Below, piece by piece: positions 10,901-25,271 of a stretch of DNA of 64,000 nucleotides. The notes beneath the pieces were generated by a model. It saw only the letters and a program-made list of their open reading frames with translations. It searched no databases and had not been told where the DNA came from. How positions within the stretch are numbered: position 1 is the first letter of the stretch; every line of letters starts with the position of its first letter. The stretch is taken from the NCBI RefSeq assembly GCF_009914755.1, contig NC_060937.1; one strand, written 5' to 3'. The DNA comes from the human T2T-CHM13v2.0 reference genome, Homo sapiens. The position numbers were made by a program, and so were the translations under genes.

Positions 10901-13900
10901 TATGAGTCGAATGGAAATATCCGAAAGAAATTTCTGGGAATGCTGCTGTCTAGTTTTTATACGAATTCCCGCTTCCAACGAAATCCTCAAAGCAATCCAA
11001 ATATCCACTTGCAGAATCCACAAAAAGAGTGTTTCAAAACTGCTCTATCAATAGAAAGGTTCAACTCTTTTAGTTGAGTACACACATCACAAACAAGTTT
11101 CTGAGAATGCTTCTGTCTGGCTTTTATTGGAAGACGTTTCCTTTTCACCAAAGGCATCAAAGCGCTCCAAATGTCCACTTCCAGATTCTTCCAAAAGAGT
11201 GTTTGAAACGTGCTCAAAGTAAGGGAATGTTCAACTCTGTGACTTGAATGCAGATATCACCAAGTAGTTTCTAATAGTGCTTCTGTCTAGATTTTAGATG
11301 ATGATATTCCCGTTTCCAACGAAATCGTTAGAGCTATCCAAATATCCACTTACAGTTGCTACAAAAACAGTGTTTCCAAACTGCTGCATCAAAAGAAAGG
11401 TTCAACTCTGTTAGTTGAGGACACACGTCACAAAGAAGTTTGTGAGAATGCTTCTGTCTAGATTTTGTATGACGATATTCCCTTTTCCAACGATATCGTT
11501 AAAGCAATCTAAATATCCATTTGCAGAATCCACAAAAATAGAGTTTCAAAGCTGCTCTGTAAAAAGAAAGGTTCCACTCTGTTAGCTGAGTACACACATC
11601 ACAAACTTGTTTCTCAGAATCCTTCTGTCTCGTTTTTCTGGGAAGATATTTACTTTTTCACCGTAGGCATCAAAGCGCTCCAAATGTCCACATCCAGATA
11701 CTCCAGAAAGAGTGTTTCAAACCTGCTCTATGAAAGGGAATCTTCAACTCTATGAGTTGAATGCAGACATCAGAAAGAAATTTCTGAGAATGCTGCTGTC
11801 TACCTTTTATTTGAATTCCCGCTTCCAACGAAATCCTCCAAGCTATCCAAATATCCACTTGCAGATTCCACAAAAAGAGTGTTTCAAAACTGCTCTCTAT
11901 CAATGGCAAAGTTCAACTCTGTTAGTTGAGGACACATATCACCAACAAGTTTCTGAGAATGCTTCTGTCTATTTTTTATGGGAAGATATTTCCTTTTTCA
12001 CCGTAGGCGTCAAGGCGATCGAAATGTCCACTTCCACAAACTACAAAAAGAGTGTTTCAAACCTGCTCTATGAAAGGCCATGTTCATCTCTATGAGTCGA
12101 ATGGAAATATCCGAAAGAAATTTCTGGGAATGCTGCTGTCTAGTTTTATACGAATTCCCGCTTCCAACGAAATCCTCAAAGCAATCCAAATATCCACTTG
12201 CAGAATCCACAAAAAGAGTGTTTCAAAACTGCTCTATCAATAGAAAGGTTCAACTCTTTTAGTTGAGTACACACATCACAAACAAGTTTCTGAGAATGCT
12301 TCTGTCTGGCTTTTATTGGAAGACGTTTCCTTTTCACCAAAGGCATCAAAGCGCTCCAAATGTCCACTTCCAGATTCTTCCAAAAGAGTGTTTGAAACGT
12401 GCTCAAAGTAAGGGAATGTTCAACTCTGTGACTTGAATGCAGATATCACCAAGTAGTTTCTAATAGTGCTTCTGTCTAGATTTTAGATGATGATATTCCC
12501 GTTTCCAACGAAATCGTTAGAGCTATCCAAATATCCACTTACAGTTTCTACAAAAAGAGTGTTTCCAAACTGCTGCATCAAAAGAAAGGTTCAACTCTGT
12601 TAGTTGAGGACACACGTCACAAAGAAGTTTGTGAGAATGCTTCTGTCTAGATTTTGTATGACCATATTCCCTTTTCCAGCGATATCATTAAAGCAATCTA
12701 AATATCCATTTGCAGAATCCACAAAAATAGAGTTTCAAAGCTGCTCTGTAAAAAGAAAGGTTCCACTCTGTTAGCTGAGTACACACATCACAAACTTGTT
12801 TCTCAGAATCCTTCTGTCTCGTTTTTCTGGGAAGATATTTACTTTTTCACCGTAGGCATCAAAGCGCTCCAAATGTCCACATCCAGATACTCCAGAAAGA
12901 GTGTTTCAAACCTGCTCTATGAAAGGGAATCTTCAACTCTATGAGTTGAATGCAGACATCAGAAAGAAATTTCTGAGAATGCTGCTGTCTACCTTTTATT
13001 TGAACTCCCGCTTCCAACGAAATCCTCCAAGCTATCCAAATATCCACTTGCATTTTCCACAAAAAGAGTGCTTCAAAACTGCTCTATCAATAAATGTTCA
13101 ACTCCTTTAGCTGGGTGCACACATCACAAACAAGTTTCTGAGAATGCTTCTGTCTAGTTTTTATGGGAAGACATTCCCTTTTTCACCAAAGGCATCAAAG
13201 CGCTCCAAATGTCCACTTCCAGACACTACAAAAAGAGTGTTTCCAACGTGCTCTAAGAAAGCGAATGTTCAACTCTGTGACTTGAATGCAGATATCACAA
13301 AGTAGTTTCTGAGAGGGCTTCTGTCTAGATTTTAGATGATGATATTCCCGTTTCCAACGAAATCATTAGAGCTATCCAAATATCCACTTACAGTTTCTAC
13401 AAAAAGAGTGTTTCCAAACTGCTGCATCAAAAGAGAGGTTCCACTCTGTTAGCTGAGTACACACATCACAAACTTGTTTCTGAGAATCCTTCTGTGTCGT
13501 TTTTATGGGAAGATATTTACTTTTTCACCGTAGGCATCAAAGCGCTCCAAATGTCCACATCCAGATACTCCAGAAAGAGTGTTTCAAACCTGCTCTATGA
13601 AAGGGAATCTTCAACTCTATGAGTTGAATGCAGACATCAGAAAGAAATTTCTGAGAATGCTGCTGTCTACCTTTTATTTGAATTCCCGCTTCCAACGAAA
13701 TCCTCCAAGCTATCCAAATATCCACTTGCAGATTCCACAAAAAGAGTGTTTCAAAACTGCTCTCTATCAATGGCAAAGTTCAACTCTGTTAGTTGAGGAC
13801 ACATATCACCAACAAGTTTCTGAGAATGCTTCTGTCTATTTTTTATGGGAAGATATTTCCTTTTTCACCGTAGGCGTCAAGGCGATCGAAATGTCCACTT

Positions 13901-15325
13901 CCACAAACTACAAAAAGAGTGTTTCAAACCTGCTCTATGAAAGGCCATGTTCATCTCTATGAGTCGAATGGAAATATCCGAAAGAAATTTCTGGGAATGC
14001 TGCTGTCTAGTTTTTATACGAATTCCCGCTTCCAACGAAATCCTCAAAGCAATCCAAATATCCACTTGCAGAATCCACAAAAAGAGTGTTTCAAAACTGC
14101 TCTATCAATAGAAAGGTTCAACTCTTTTAGTTGAGTACACACATCACAAACAAGTTTCTGAGAATGCTTCTGTCTGGCTTTTATTGGAAGACGTTTCCTT
14201 TTCACCAAAGGCATCAAAGCGCTCCAAATGTCCACTTCCAGATTCTTCCAAAAGAGTGTTTGAAACGTGCTCAAAGTAAGGGAATGTTCAACTCTGTGAC
14301 TTGAATGCAGATATCACCAAGTAGTTTCTAATAGTGCTTCTGTCTAGATTTTAGATGATGATATTCCCGTTTCCAACGAAATCGTTAGAGCTATCCAAAT
14401 ATCCACTTACAGTTGCTACAAAAAGAGTGTTTCCAAACTGCTGCATCAAAAGAAAGGTTCAACTCTGTTAGTTGAGGACACACATCACAAAGAAGTTTGT
14501 GAGAATGCTTCTGTCTAGATTTTGTATGACCATATTCCCTTTTCCAGCGATATCATTAAAGCAATCTAAATATCCATTTGCAGAATCCACAAAAATAGAG
14601 TTTCAAAGCTGCTCTGTAAAAAGAAAGGTTCCACTCTGTTAGCTGAGTACACACATCACAAACTTGTTTCTGAGAATCCTTCTGTCTCGTTTTTATGGGA
14701 AGATATTTACTTTTTCACCGTAGGCATCAAAGCGCTCCAAATGTCCACATCCAGATACTCCAGAAAGAGTGTTTCAAACCTGCTCTATGAAAGGGAATCT
14801 TCAACTCTATGAGTTGAATGCAGACATCAGAAAGAAATTTCTGAGAATGCTGCTGTCTACCTTTTATTTGAACTCCCGCTTCCAACGAAATCCTCCAAGC
14901 TATCCAAATATCCACTTGCATTTTCCACAAAAAGAGTGCTTCAAAACTGCTCTATCAATAAATGTTCAACTCCTTTAGCTGGGTGCACACATCACAAACA
15001 AGTTTCTGAGAATGCTTCTGTCTAGTTTTTATGGGAAGACATTCCCTTTTTCACCAAAGGCATCAAAGCGCTCCAAATGTCCACTTCCAGACACTACAAA
15101 AAGAGTGTTTCCAACGTGCTCTAAGAAAGCGAATGTTCAACTCTGTGACTTGAATGCAGATATCACAAAGTAGTTTCTGAGAGGGCTTCTGTCTAGATTT
15201 TAGATGATGATATTCCCGTTTCCAACGAAATCATTAGAGCTATCCAAATATCCACTTACAGTTTCTACAAAAAGAGTGTTTCCAAACTGCTGCATCAAAA
15301 GAGAGGTTCCACTCTGTTAGCTGAG
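3773..15325. repeat. 5777-bp (34-monomer) tandem duplication: 3773-9549 and 9550-15325
   Basis: Same HOR order and same rare SNP haplotypes at offset 5777 (5776 after a 1-bp deletion); TGAG at 3769-3772, 9546-9549 and 15322-15325. Confidence 0.88.
7987..10705 (-). repeat. 16-mer HOR structural variant (2719 bp), single copy
   Basis: Anchor spacing 8143 to 10862 is 2719 = 1868 + 851. Contains a subtype A tetramer, then a subtype B tetramer, and a hybrid monomer reading TTAGCTGAGGACAC at 9541. Confidence 0.93.
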
Positions 15326-18300
15326 TACACACATCACAAACTTGTTTCTCAGAATCCTTCTGTGTCGTTTTTATGGGAAGATATTTACTTTTTCACCGTA
15401 GGCATCAAAGCGCTCCAAATGTCCACATCCAGATACTCCAGAAAGAGTGTTTCAAACCTGCTCTATGAAAGGGAATCTTCAACTCTATGAGTTGAATGCA
15501 GACATCAGAAAGAAATTTCTGAGAATGCTGCTGTCTACCTTTTATTTGAATTCCCGCTTCCAACGAAATCCTCCAAGCTATCCAAATATCCACTTGCAGA
15601 TTCCACAAAAAGAGTGTTTCAAAACTGCTCTCTATCAATGGCAAAGTTCAACTCTGTTAGTTGAGGACACATATCACCAACAAGTTTCTGAGAATGCTTC
15701 TGTCTATTTTTTATGGGAAGATATTTCCTTTTTCACCGTAGGCGTCAAGGCGATCGAAATGTCCACTTCCACAAACTACAAAAAGAGTGTTTCAAACCTG
15801 CTCTATGAAAGGCCATGTTCATCTCTATGAGTCGAATGGAAATATCCGAAAGAAATTTCTGGGAATGCTGCTGTCTAGTTTTTATACGAATTCCCGCTTC
15901 CAACGAAATCCTCAAAGCAATCCAAATATCCACTTGCAGAATCCACAAAAAGAGTGTTTCAAAACTGCTCTATCAATAGAAAGGTTCAACTCTTTTAGTT
16001 GAGTACACACATCACAAACAAGTTTCTGAGAATGCTTCTGTCTGGCTTTTATTGGAAGACGTTTCCTTTTCACCAAAGGCATCAAAGCGCTCCAAATGTC
16101 CACTTCCAGATTCTTCCAAAAGAGTGTTTGAAACGTGCTCAAAGTAAGGGAATGTTCAACTCTGTGACTTGAATGCAGATATCACCAAGTAGTTTCTAAT
16201 AGTGCTTCTGTCTAGATTTTAGATGATGATATTCCCGTTTCCAACGAAATCGTTAGAGCTATCCAAATATCCACTTACAGTTGCTACAAAAACAGTGTTT
16301 CCAAACTGCTGCATCAAAAGAAAGGTTCAACTCTGTTAGTTGAGGACACACGTCACAAAGAAGTTTGTGAGAATGCTTCTGTCTAGATTTTGTATGACGA
16401 TATTCCCTTTTCCAACGATATCGTTAAAGCAATCTAAATATCCATTTGCAGAATCCACAAAAATAGAGTTTCAAAGCTGCTCTGTAAAAAGAAAGGTTCC
16501 ACTCTGTTAGCTGAGTACACACATCACAAACTTGTTTCTGAGAATCCTTCTGTGTCGTTTTTATGGGAAGATATTTACTTTTTCACCGTAGGCATCAAAG
16601 CGCTCCAAATGTCCACATCCAGATACTCCAGAAAGAGTGTTTCAAACCTGCTCTATGAAAGGGAATCTTCAACTCTATGAGTTGAATGCAGACATCAGAA
16701 AGAAATTTCTGAGAATGCTGCTGTCTACCTTTTATTTGAATTCCCGCTTCCAACGAAATCCTCCAAGCTATCCAAATATCCACTTGCAGATTCCACAAAA
16801 AGAGTGTTTCAAAACTGCTCTCTATCAATGGCAAAGTTCAACTCTGTTAGTTGAGGACACATATCACCAACAAGTTTCTGAGAATGCTTCTGTCTATTTT
16901 TTATGGGAAGATATTTCCTTTTTCACCGTAGGCGTCAAGGCGATCGAAATGTCCACTTCCACAAACTACAAAAAGAGTGTTTCAAACCTGCTCTATGAAA
17001 GGCCATGTTCATCTCTATGAGTCGAATGGAAATATCCGAAAGAAATTTCTGGGAATGCTGCTGTCTAGTTTTTATACGAATTCCCGCTTCCAACGAAATC
17101 CTCAAAGCAATCCAAATATCCACTTGCAGAATCCACAAAAAGAGTGTTTCAAAACTGCTCTATCAATAGAAAGGTTCAACTCTTTTAGTTGAGTACACAC
17201 ATCACAAACAAGTTTCTGAGAATGCTTCTGTCTGGCTTTTATTGGAAGACGTTTCCTTTTCACCAAAGGCATCAAAGCGCTCCAAATGTCCACTTCCAGA
17301 TTCTTCCAAAAGAGTGTTTGAAACGTGCTCAAAGTAAGGGAATGTTCAACTCTGTGACTTGAATGCAGATATCACCAAGTAGTTTCTAATAGTGCTTCTG
17401 TCTAGATTTTAGATGATGATATTCCCGTTTCCAACGAAATCGTTAGAGCTATCCAAATATCCACTTACAGTTGCTACAAAAACAGTGTTTCCAAACTGCT
17501 GCATCAAAAGAAAGGTTCAACTCTGTTAGTTGAGGACACACGTCACAAAGAAGTTTGTGAGAATGCTTCTGTCTAGATTTTGTATGACGATATTCCCTTT
17601 TCCAACGATATCGTTAAAGCAATCTAAATATCCATTTGCAGAATCCACAAAAATAGAGTTTCAAAGCTGCTCTGTAAAAAGAAAGGTTCCACTCTGTTAG
17701 CTGAGTACACACATCACAAACTTGTTTCTCAGAATCCTTCTGTCTCGTTTTTATGGGAAGATATTTACTTTTTCACCGTAGGCATCAAAGCGCTCCAAAT
17801 GTCCACATCCAGATACTCCAGAAAGAGTGTTTCAAACCTGCTCTATGAAAGGGAATCTTCAACTCTATGAGTTGAATGCAGACATCAGAAAGAAATTTCT
17901 GAGAATGCTGCTGTCTACCTTTTATTTGAATTCCCGCTTCCAACGAAATCCTCCAAGCTATCCAAATATCCACTTGCAGATTCCACAAAAAGAGTGTTTC
18001 AAAACTGCTCTCTATCAATGGCAAAGTTCAACTCTGTTAGTTGAGGACACATATCACCAACAAGTTTCTGAGAATGCTTCTGTCTATTTTTTATGGGAAG
18101 ATATTTCCTTTTTCACCGTAGGCGTCAAGGCGATCGAAATGTCCACTTCCACAAACTACAAAAAGAGTGTTTCAAACCTGCTCTATGAAAGGCCATGTTC
18201 ATCTCTATGAGTCGAATGGAAATATCCGAAAGAAATTTCTGGGAATGCTGCTGTCTAGTTTTTATACGAATTCCCGCTTCCAACGAAATCCTCAAAGCAA

Positions 18301-21300
18301 TCCAAATATCCACTTGCAGAATCCACAAAAAGAGTGTTTCAAAACTGCTCTATCAATAGAAAGGTTCAACTCTTTTAGTTGAGTACACACATCACAAACA
18401 AGTTTCTGAGAATGCTTCTGTCTGGCTTTTATTGGAAGACGTTTCCTTTTCACCAAAGGCATCAAAGCGCTCCAAATGTCCACTTCCAGATTCTTCCAAA
18501 AGAGTGTTTGAAACGTGCTCAAAGTAAGGGAATGTTCAACTCTGTGACTTGAATGCAGATATCACCAAGTAGTTTCTAATAGTGCTTCTGTCTAGATTTT
18601 AGATGATGATATTCCCGTTTCCAACGAAATCGTTAGAGCTATCCAAATATCCACTTACAGTTTCTACAAAAAGAGTGTTTCCAAACTGCTGCATCAAAAG
18701 AAAGGTTCAACTCTGTTAGTTGAGGACACACATCACAAAGAAGTTTGTGAGAATGCTTCTGTCTAGATTTTGTATGACCATATTCCCTTTTCCAGCGATA
18801 TCATTAAAGCAATCTAAATATCCATTTGCAGAATCCACAAAAATAGAGTTTCAAAGCTGCTCTGTAAAAAGAAAGGTTCCACTCTGTTAGCTGAGTACAC
18901 ACATCACAAACTTGTTTCTCAGAATCCTTCTGTCTCGTTTTTCTGGGAAGATATTTACTTTTTCACCGTAGGCATCAAAGCGCTCCAAATGTCCACATCC
19001 AGATACTCCAGAAAGAGTGTTTCAAACCTGCTCTATGAAAGGGAATCTTCAACTCTATGAGTTGAATGCAGACATCAGAAAGAAATTTCTGAGAATGCTG
19101 CTGTCTACCTTTTATTTGAATTCCCGCTTCCAACGAAATCCTCCAAGCTATCCAAATATCCACCTGCATTTTCCACAAAAAGAGCGTTTCAAAACTGCTC
19201 TATCAATAGAAATGTTCAACTCCTTTGGCTGGGTACACACATCACAAACAAGTTTCTGAGAATGCTTCTGTCTAGTTTTTATGGGAAGACATTCCCTTTT
19301 TCACCAAAGGCATCAAAGCGCTCCAAATGTCCACTTCCAGACACTACAAAAAGAGTGTTTCCAACGTGCTCTAAGAAAGCGAATGTTCAACTCTGTGACT
19401 TGAATGCAGATATCACAAAGTAGTTTCTGAGAGGGCTTCTGTCTAGATTTTAGATGATGATATTCCCGTTTCCAACGAAATCATTAGAGCTATCCAAATA
19501 TCCACTTACAGTTTCTACAAAAAGAGTGTTTCCAAACTGCTGCATCAAAAGAGAGGTTCCACTCTGTTAGCTGAGTACACACATCACAAACTTGTTTCTC
19601 AGAATCCTTCTGTCTCGTTTTTCTGGGAAGATATTTACTTTTTCACCGTAGGCATCAAAGCGCTCCAAATGTCCACATCCAGATACTCCAGAAAGAGTGT
19701 TTCAAACCTGCTCTATGAAAGGGAATCTTCAACTCTATGAGTTGAATGCAGACATCAGAAAGAAATTTCTGAGAATGCTGCTGTCTACCTTTTATTTGAA
19801 TTCCCGCTTCCAACGAAATCCTCCAAGCTATCCAAATATCCACTTGCAGATTCCACAAAAAGAGTGTTTCAAAACTGCTCTCTATCAATGGCAAAGTTCA
19901 ACTCTGTTAGTTGAGGACACATATCACCAACAAGTTTCTGAGAATGCTTCTGTCTATTTTTTATGGGAAGATATTTCCTTTTTCACCGTAGGCGTCAAGG
20001 CGATCGAAATGTCCACTTCCACAAACTACAAAAAGAGTGTTTCAAACCTGCTCTATGAAAGGCCATGTTCATCTCTATGAGTCGAATGGAAATATCCGAA
20101 AGAAATTTCTGGGAATGCTGCTGTCTAGTTTTTATACGAATTCCCGCTTCCAACGAAATCCTCAAAGCAATCCAAATATCCACTTGCAGAATCCACAAAA
20201 AGAGTGTTTCAAAACTGCTCTATCAATAGAAAGGTTCAACTCTTTTAGTTGAGTACACACATCACAAACAAGTTTCTGAGAATGCTTCTGTCTGGCTTTT
20301 ATTGGAAGACGTTTCCTTTTCACCAAAGGCATCAAAGCGCTCCAAATGTCCACTTCCAGATTCTTCCAAAAGAGTGTTTGAAACGTGCTCAAAGTAAGGG
20401 AATGTTCAACTCTGTGACTTGAATGCAGATATCACCAAGTAGTTTCTAATAGTGCTTCTGTCTAGATTTTAGATGATGATATTCCCGTTTCCAACGAAAT
20501 CGTTAGAGCTATCCAAATATCCACTTACAGTTGCTACAAAAACAGTGTTTCCAAACTGCTGCATCAAAAGAAAGGTTCAACTCTGTTAGTTGAGGACACA
20601 CGTCACAAAGAAGTTTGTGAGAATGCTTCTGTCTAGATTTTGTATGACGATATTCCCTTTTCCAACGATATCATTAAAGCAATCTAAATATCCATTTGCA
20701 GAATCCACAAAAATAGAGTTTCAAAGCTGCTCTGTAAAAAGAAAGGTTCCACTCTGTTAGCTGAGTACACACATCACAAACTTGTTTCTCAGAATCCTTC
20801 TGTCTCGTTTTTCTGGGAAGATATTTACTTTTTCACCGTAGGCATCAAAGCGCTCCAAATGTCCACATCCAGATACTCCAGAAAGAGTGTTTCAAACCTG
20901 CTCTATGAAAGGGAATCTTCAACTCTATGAGTTGAATGCAGACATCAGAAAGAAATTTCTGAGAATGCTGCTGTCTACCTTTTATTTGAATTCCCGCTTC
21001 CAACGAAATCCTCCAAGCTATCCAAATATCCACTTGCAGATTCCACAAAAAGAGTGTTTCAAAACTGCTCTCTATCAATGGCAAAGTTCAACTCTGTTAG
21101 TTGAGGACACATATCACCAACAAGTTTCTGAGAATGCTTCTGTCTATTTTTTATGGGAAGATATTTCCTTTTTCACCGTAGGCGTCAAGGCGATCGAAAT
21201 GTCCACTTCCACAAACTACAAAAAGAGTGTTTCAAACCTGCTCTATGAAAGGCCATGTTCATCTCTATGAGTCGAATGGAAATATCCGAAAGAAATTTCT

Positions 21301-24130
21301 GGGAATGCTGCTGTCTAGTTTTTATACGAATTCCCGCTTCCAACGAAATCCTCAAAGCAATCCAAATATCCACTTGCAGAATCCACAAAAAGAGTGTTTC
21401 AAAACTGCTCTATCAATAGAAAGGTTCAACTCTTTTAGTTGAGTACACACATCACAAACAAGTTTCTGAGAATGCTTCTGTCTGGCTTTTATTGGAAGAC
21501 GTTTCCTTTTCACCAAAGGCATCAAAGCGCTCCAAATGTCCACTTCCAGATTCTTCCAAAAGAGTGTTTGAAACGTGCTCAAAGTAAGGGAATGTTCAAC
21601 TCTGTGACTTGAATGCAGATATCACCAAGTAGTTTCTAATAGTGCTTCTGTCTAGATTTTAGATGATGATATTCCCGTTTCCAACGAAATCGTTAGAGCT
21701 ATCCAAATATCCACTTACAGTTGCTACAAAAACAGTGTTTCCAAACTGCTGCATCAAAAGAAAGGTTCAACTCTGTTAGTTGAGGACACACGTCACAAAG
21801 AAGTTTGTGAGAATGCTTCTGTCTAGATTTTGTATGACGATATTCCCTTTTCCAACGATATCGTTAAAGCAATCTAAATATCCATTTGCAGAATCCACAA
21901 AAATAGAGTTTCAAAGCTGCTCTGTAAAAAGAAAGGTTCCACTCTGTTAGCTGAGTACACACATCACAAACTTGTTTCTCAGAATCCTTCTGTCTCGTTT
22001 TTCTGGGAAGATATTTACTTTTTCACCGTAGGCATCAAAGCGCTCCAAATGTCCACATCCAGATACTCCAGAAAGAGTGTTTCAAACCTGCTCTATGAAA
22101 GGGAATCTTCAACTCTATGAGTTGAATGCAGACATCAGAAAGAAATTTCTGAGAATGCTGCTGTCTACCTTTTATTTGAATTCCCGCTTCCAACGAAATC
22201 CTCCAAGCTATCCAAATATCCACTTGCAGATTCCACAAAAAGAGTGTTTCAAAACTGCTCTCTATCAATGGCAAAGTTCAACTCTGTTAGTTGAGGACAC
22301 ATATCACCAACAAGTTTCTGAGAATGCTTCTGTCTATTTTTTATGGGAAGATATTTCCTTTTTCACCATAGGCGTCAAGGCGATCGAAATGTCCACTTCC
22401 ACAAACTACAAAAAGAGTGTTTCAAACCTGCTCTATGAAAGGCCATGTTCATCTCTATGAGTCGAATGGAAATATCCGAAAGAAATTTCTGGGAATGCTG
22501 CTGTCTAGTTTTTATACGAATTCCCGCTTCCAACGAAATCCTCAAAGCAATCCAAATATCCACTTGCAGAATCCACAAAAAGAGTGTTTCAAAACTGCTC
22601 TATCAATAGAAAGGTTCAACTCTTTTAGTTGAGTACACACATCACAAACAAGTTTCTGAGAATGCTTCTGTCTGGCTTTTATTGGAAGACGTTTCCTTTT
22701 CACCAAAGGCATCAAAGCGCTCCAAATGTCCACTTCCAGATTCTTCCAAAAGAGTGTTTGAAACGTGCTCAAAGTAAGGGAATGTTCAACTCTGTGACTT
22801 GAATGCAGATATCACCAAGTAGTTTCTAATAGTGCTTCTGTCTAGATTTTAGATGATGATATTCCCGTTTCCAACGAAATCGTTAGAGCTATCCAAATAT
22901 CCACTTACAGTTGCTACAAAAACAGTGTTTCCAAACTGCTGCATCAAAAGAAAGGTTCAACTCTGTTAGTTGAGGACACACGTCACAAAGAAGTTTGTGA
23001 GAATGCTTCTGTCTAGATTTTGTATGACGATATTCCCTTTTCCAACGATATCGTTAAAGCAATCTAAATATCCATTTGCAGAATCCACAAAAATAGAGTT
23101 TCAAAGCTGCTCTGTAAAAAGAAAGGTTCCACTCTGTTAGCTGAGTACACACATCACAAACTTGTTTCTCAGAATCCTTCTGTCTCGTTTTTCTGGGAAG
23201 ATATTTACTTTTTCACCGTAGGCATCAAAGCGCTCCAAATGTCCACATCCAGATACTCCAGAAAGAGTGTTTCAAACCTGCTCTATGAAAGGGAATCTTC
23301 AACTCTATGAGTTGAATGCAGACATCAGAAAGAAATTTCTGAGAATGCTGCTGTCTACCTTTTATTTGAATTCCCGCTTCCAACGAAATCCTCCAAGCTA
23401 TCCAAATATCCACCTGCATTTTCCAGAAAAAGAGCATTTCAAAACTGCTCTATCAATAGAAATGTTCAACTCCTTTGGCTGGGTACACACATCACAAACA
23501 AGTTTCTGAGAATGCTTCTGTCTAGTTTTTATGGGAAGACATTCCCTTTTTCACCAAAGGCATCAAAGCGCTCCAAATGTCCACTTCCAGACACTACAAA
23601 AAGAGTGTTTCCAACGTGCTCTAAGAAAGCGAATGTTCAACTCTGTGACTTGAATGCAGATATCACAAAGTAGTTTCTGAGAGGGCTTCTGTCTAGATTT
23701 TAGATGATGATATTCCCGTTTCCAACGAAATCATTAGAGCTATCCAAATATCCACTTACAGTTTCTACAAAAAGAGTGTTTCCAAACTGCTGCATCAAAA
23801 GAGAGGTTCCACTCTGTTAGCTGAGTACACACATCACAAACTTGTTTCTCAGAATCCTTCTGTCTCGTTTTTCTGGGAAGATATTTACTTTTTCACCGTA
23901 GGCATCAAAGCGCTCCAAATGTCCACATCCAGATACTCCAGAAAGAGTGTTTCAAACCTGCTCTATGAAAGGGAATCTTCAACTCTATGAGTTGAATGCA
24001 GACATCAGAAAGAAATTTCTGAGAATGCTGCTGTCTACCTTTTATTTGAATTCCCGCTTCCAACGAAATCCTCCAAGCTATCCAAATATCCACTTGCAGA
24101 TTCCACAAAAAGAGTGTTTCAAAACTGCTC

Positions 24131-25271
24131 TCTATCAATGGCAAAGTTCAACTCTGTTAGTTTATGGGAAGATATTTCCTTTTTCACCGTAGGCGTCAAG
24201 GCGATCGAAATGTCCACTTCCACAAACTACAAAAAGAGTGTTTCAAACCTGCTCTATGAAAGGCCATGTTCATCTCTATGAGTCGAATGGAAATATCCGA
24301 AAGAAATTTCTGGGAATGCTGCTGTCTAGTTTTTATACGAATTCCCGCTTCCAACGAAATCCTCAAAGCAATCCAAATATCCACTTGCAGAATCCACAAA
24401 AAGAGTGTTTCAAAACTGCTCTATCAATAGAAAGGTTCAACTCTTTTAGTTGAGTACACACATCACAAACAAGTTTCTGAGAATGCTTCTGTCTGGCTTT
24501 TATTGGAAGACGTTTCCTTTTCACCAAAGGCATCAAAGCGCTCCAAATGTCCACTTCCAGATTCTTCCAAAAGAGTGTTTGAAACGTGCTCAAAGTAAGG
24601 GAATGTTCAACTCTGTGACTTGAATGCAGATATCACCAAGTAGTTTCTAATAGTGCTTCTGTCTAGATTTTAGATGATGATATTCCCGTTTCCAACGAAA
24701 TCGTTAGAGCTATCCAAATATCCACTTACAGTTGCTACAAAAACAGTGTTTCCAAACTGCTGCATCAAAAGAAAGGTTCAACTCTGTTAGTTGAGGACAC
24801 ACGTCACAAAGAAGTTTGTGAGAATGCTTCTGTCTAGATTTTGTATGACGATATTCCCTTTTCCAACGATATCATTAAAGCAATCTAAATATCCATTTGC
24901 AGAATCCACAAAAATAGAGTTTCAAAGCTGCTCTGTAAAAAGAAAGGTTCCACTCTGTTAGCTGAGTACACACATCACAAACTTGTTTCTCAGAATCCTT
25001 CTGTCTCGTTTTTCTGGGAAGATATTTACTTTTTCACCGTAGGCATCAAAGCGCTCCAAATGTCCACATCCAGATACTCCAGAAAGAGTGTTTCAAACCT
25101 GCTCTATGAAAGGGAATCTTCAACTCTATGAGTTGAATGCAGACATCAGAAAGAAATTTCTGAGAATGCTGCTGTCTACCTTTTATTTGAATTCCCGCTT
25201 CCAACGAAATCCTCCAAGCTATCCAAATATCCACTTGCAGATTCCACAAAAAGAGTGTTTCAAAACTGCTC
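24131..25271 (-). repeat. 7-mer HOR with a 49-bp intra-monomer deletion (1141 bp), copy 1
   Basis: ACTCTGTTAG-TTTATGGGAAG at 24151-24171 lacks 49 bp present in normal units. Confidence 0.95.

Noticed and set aside
12144-12147. 1-bp deletion in a T homopolymer producing altered ORFs
   Set aside because: Singleton homopolymer indel, either slippage or consensus error; no significance beyond distinguishing the duplicate copies.
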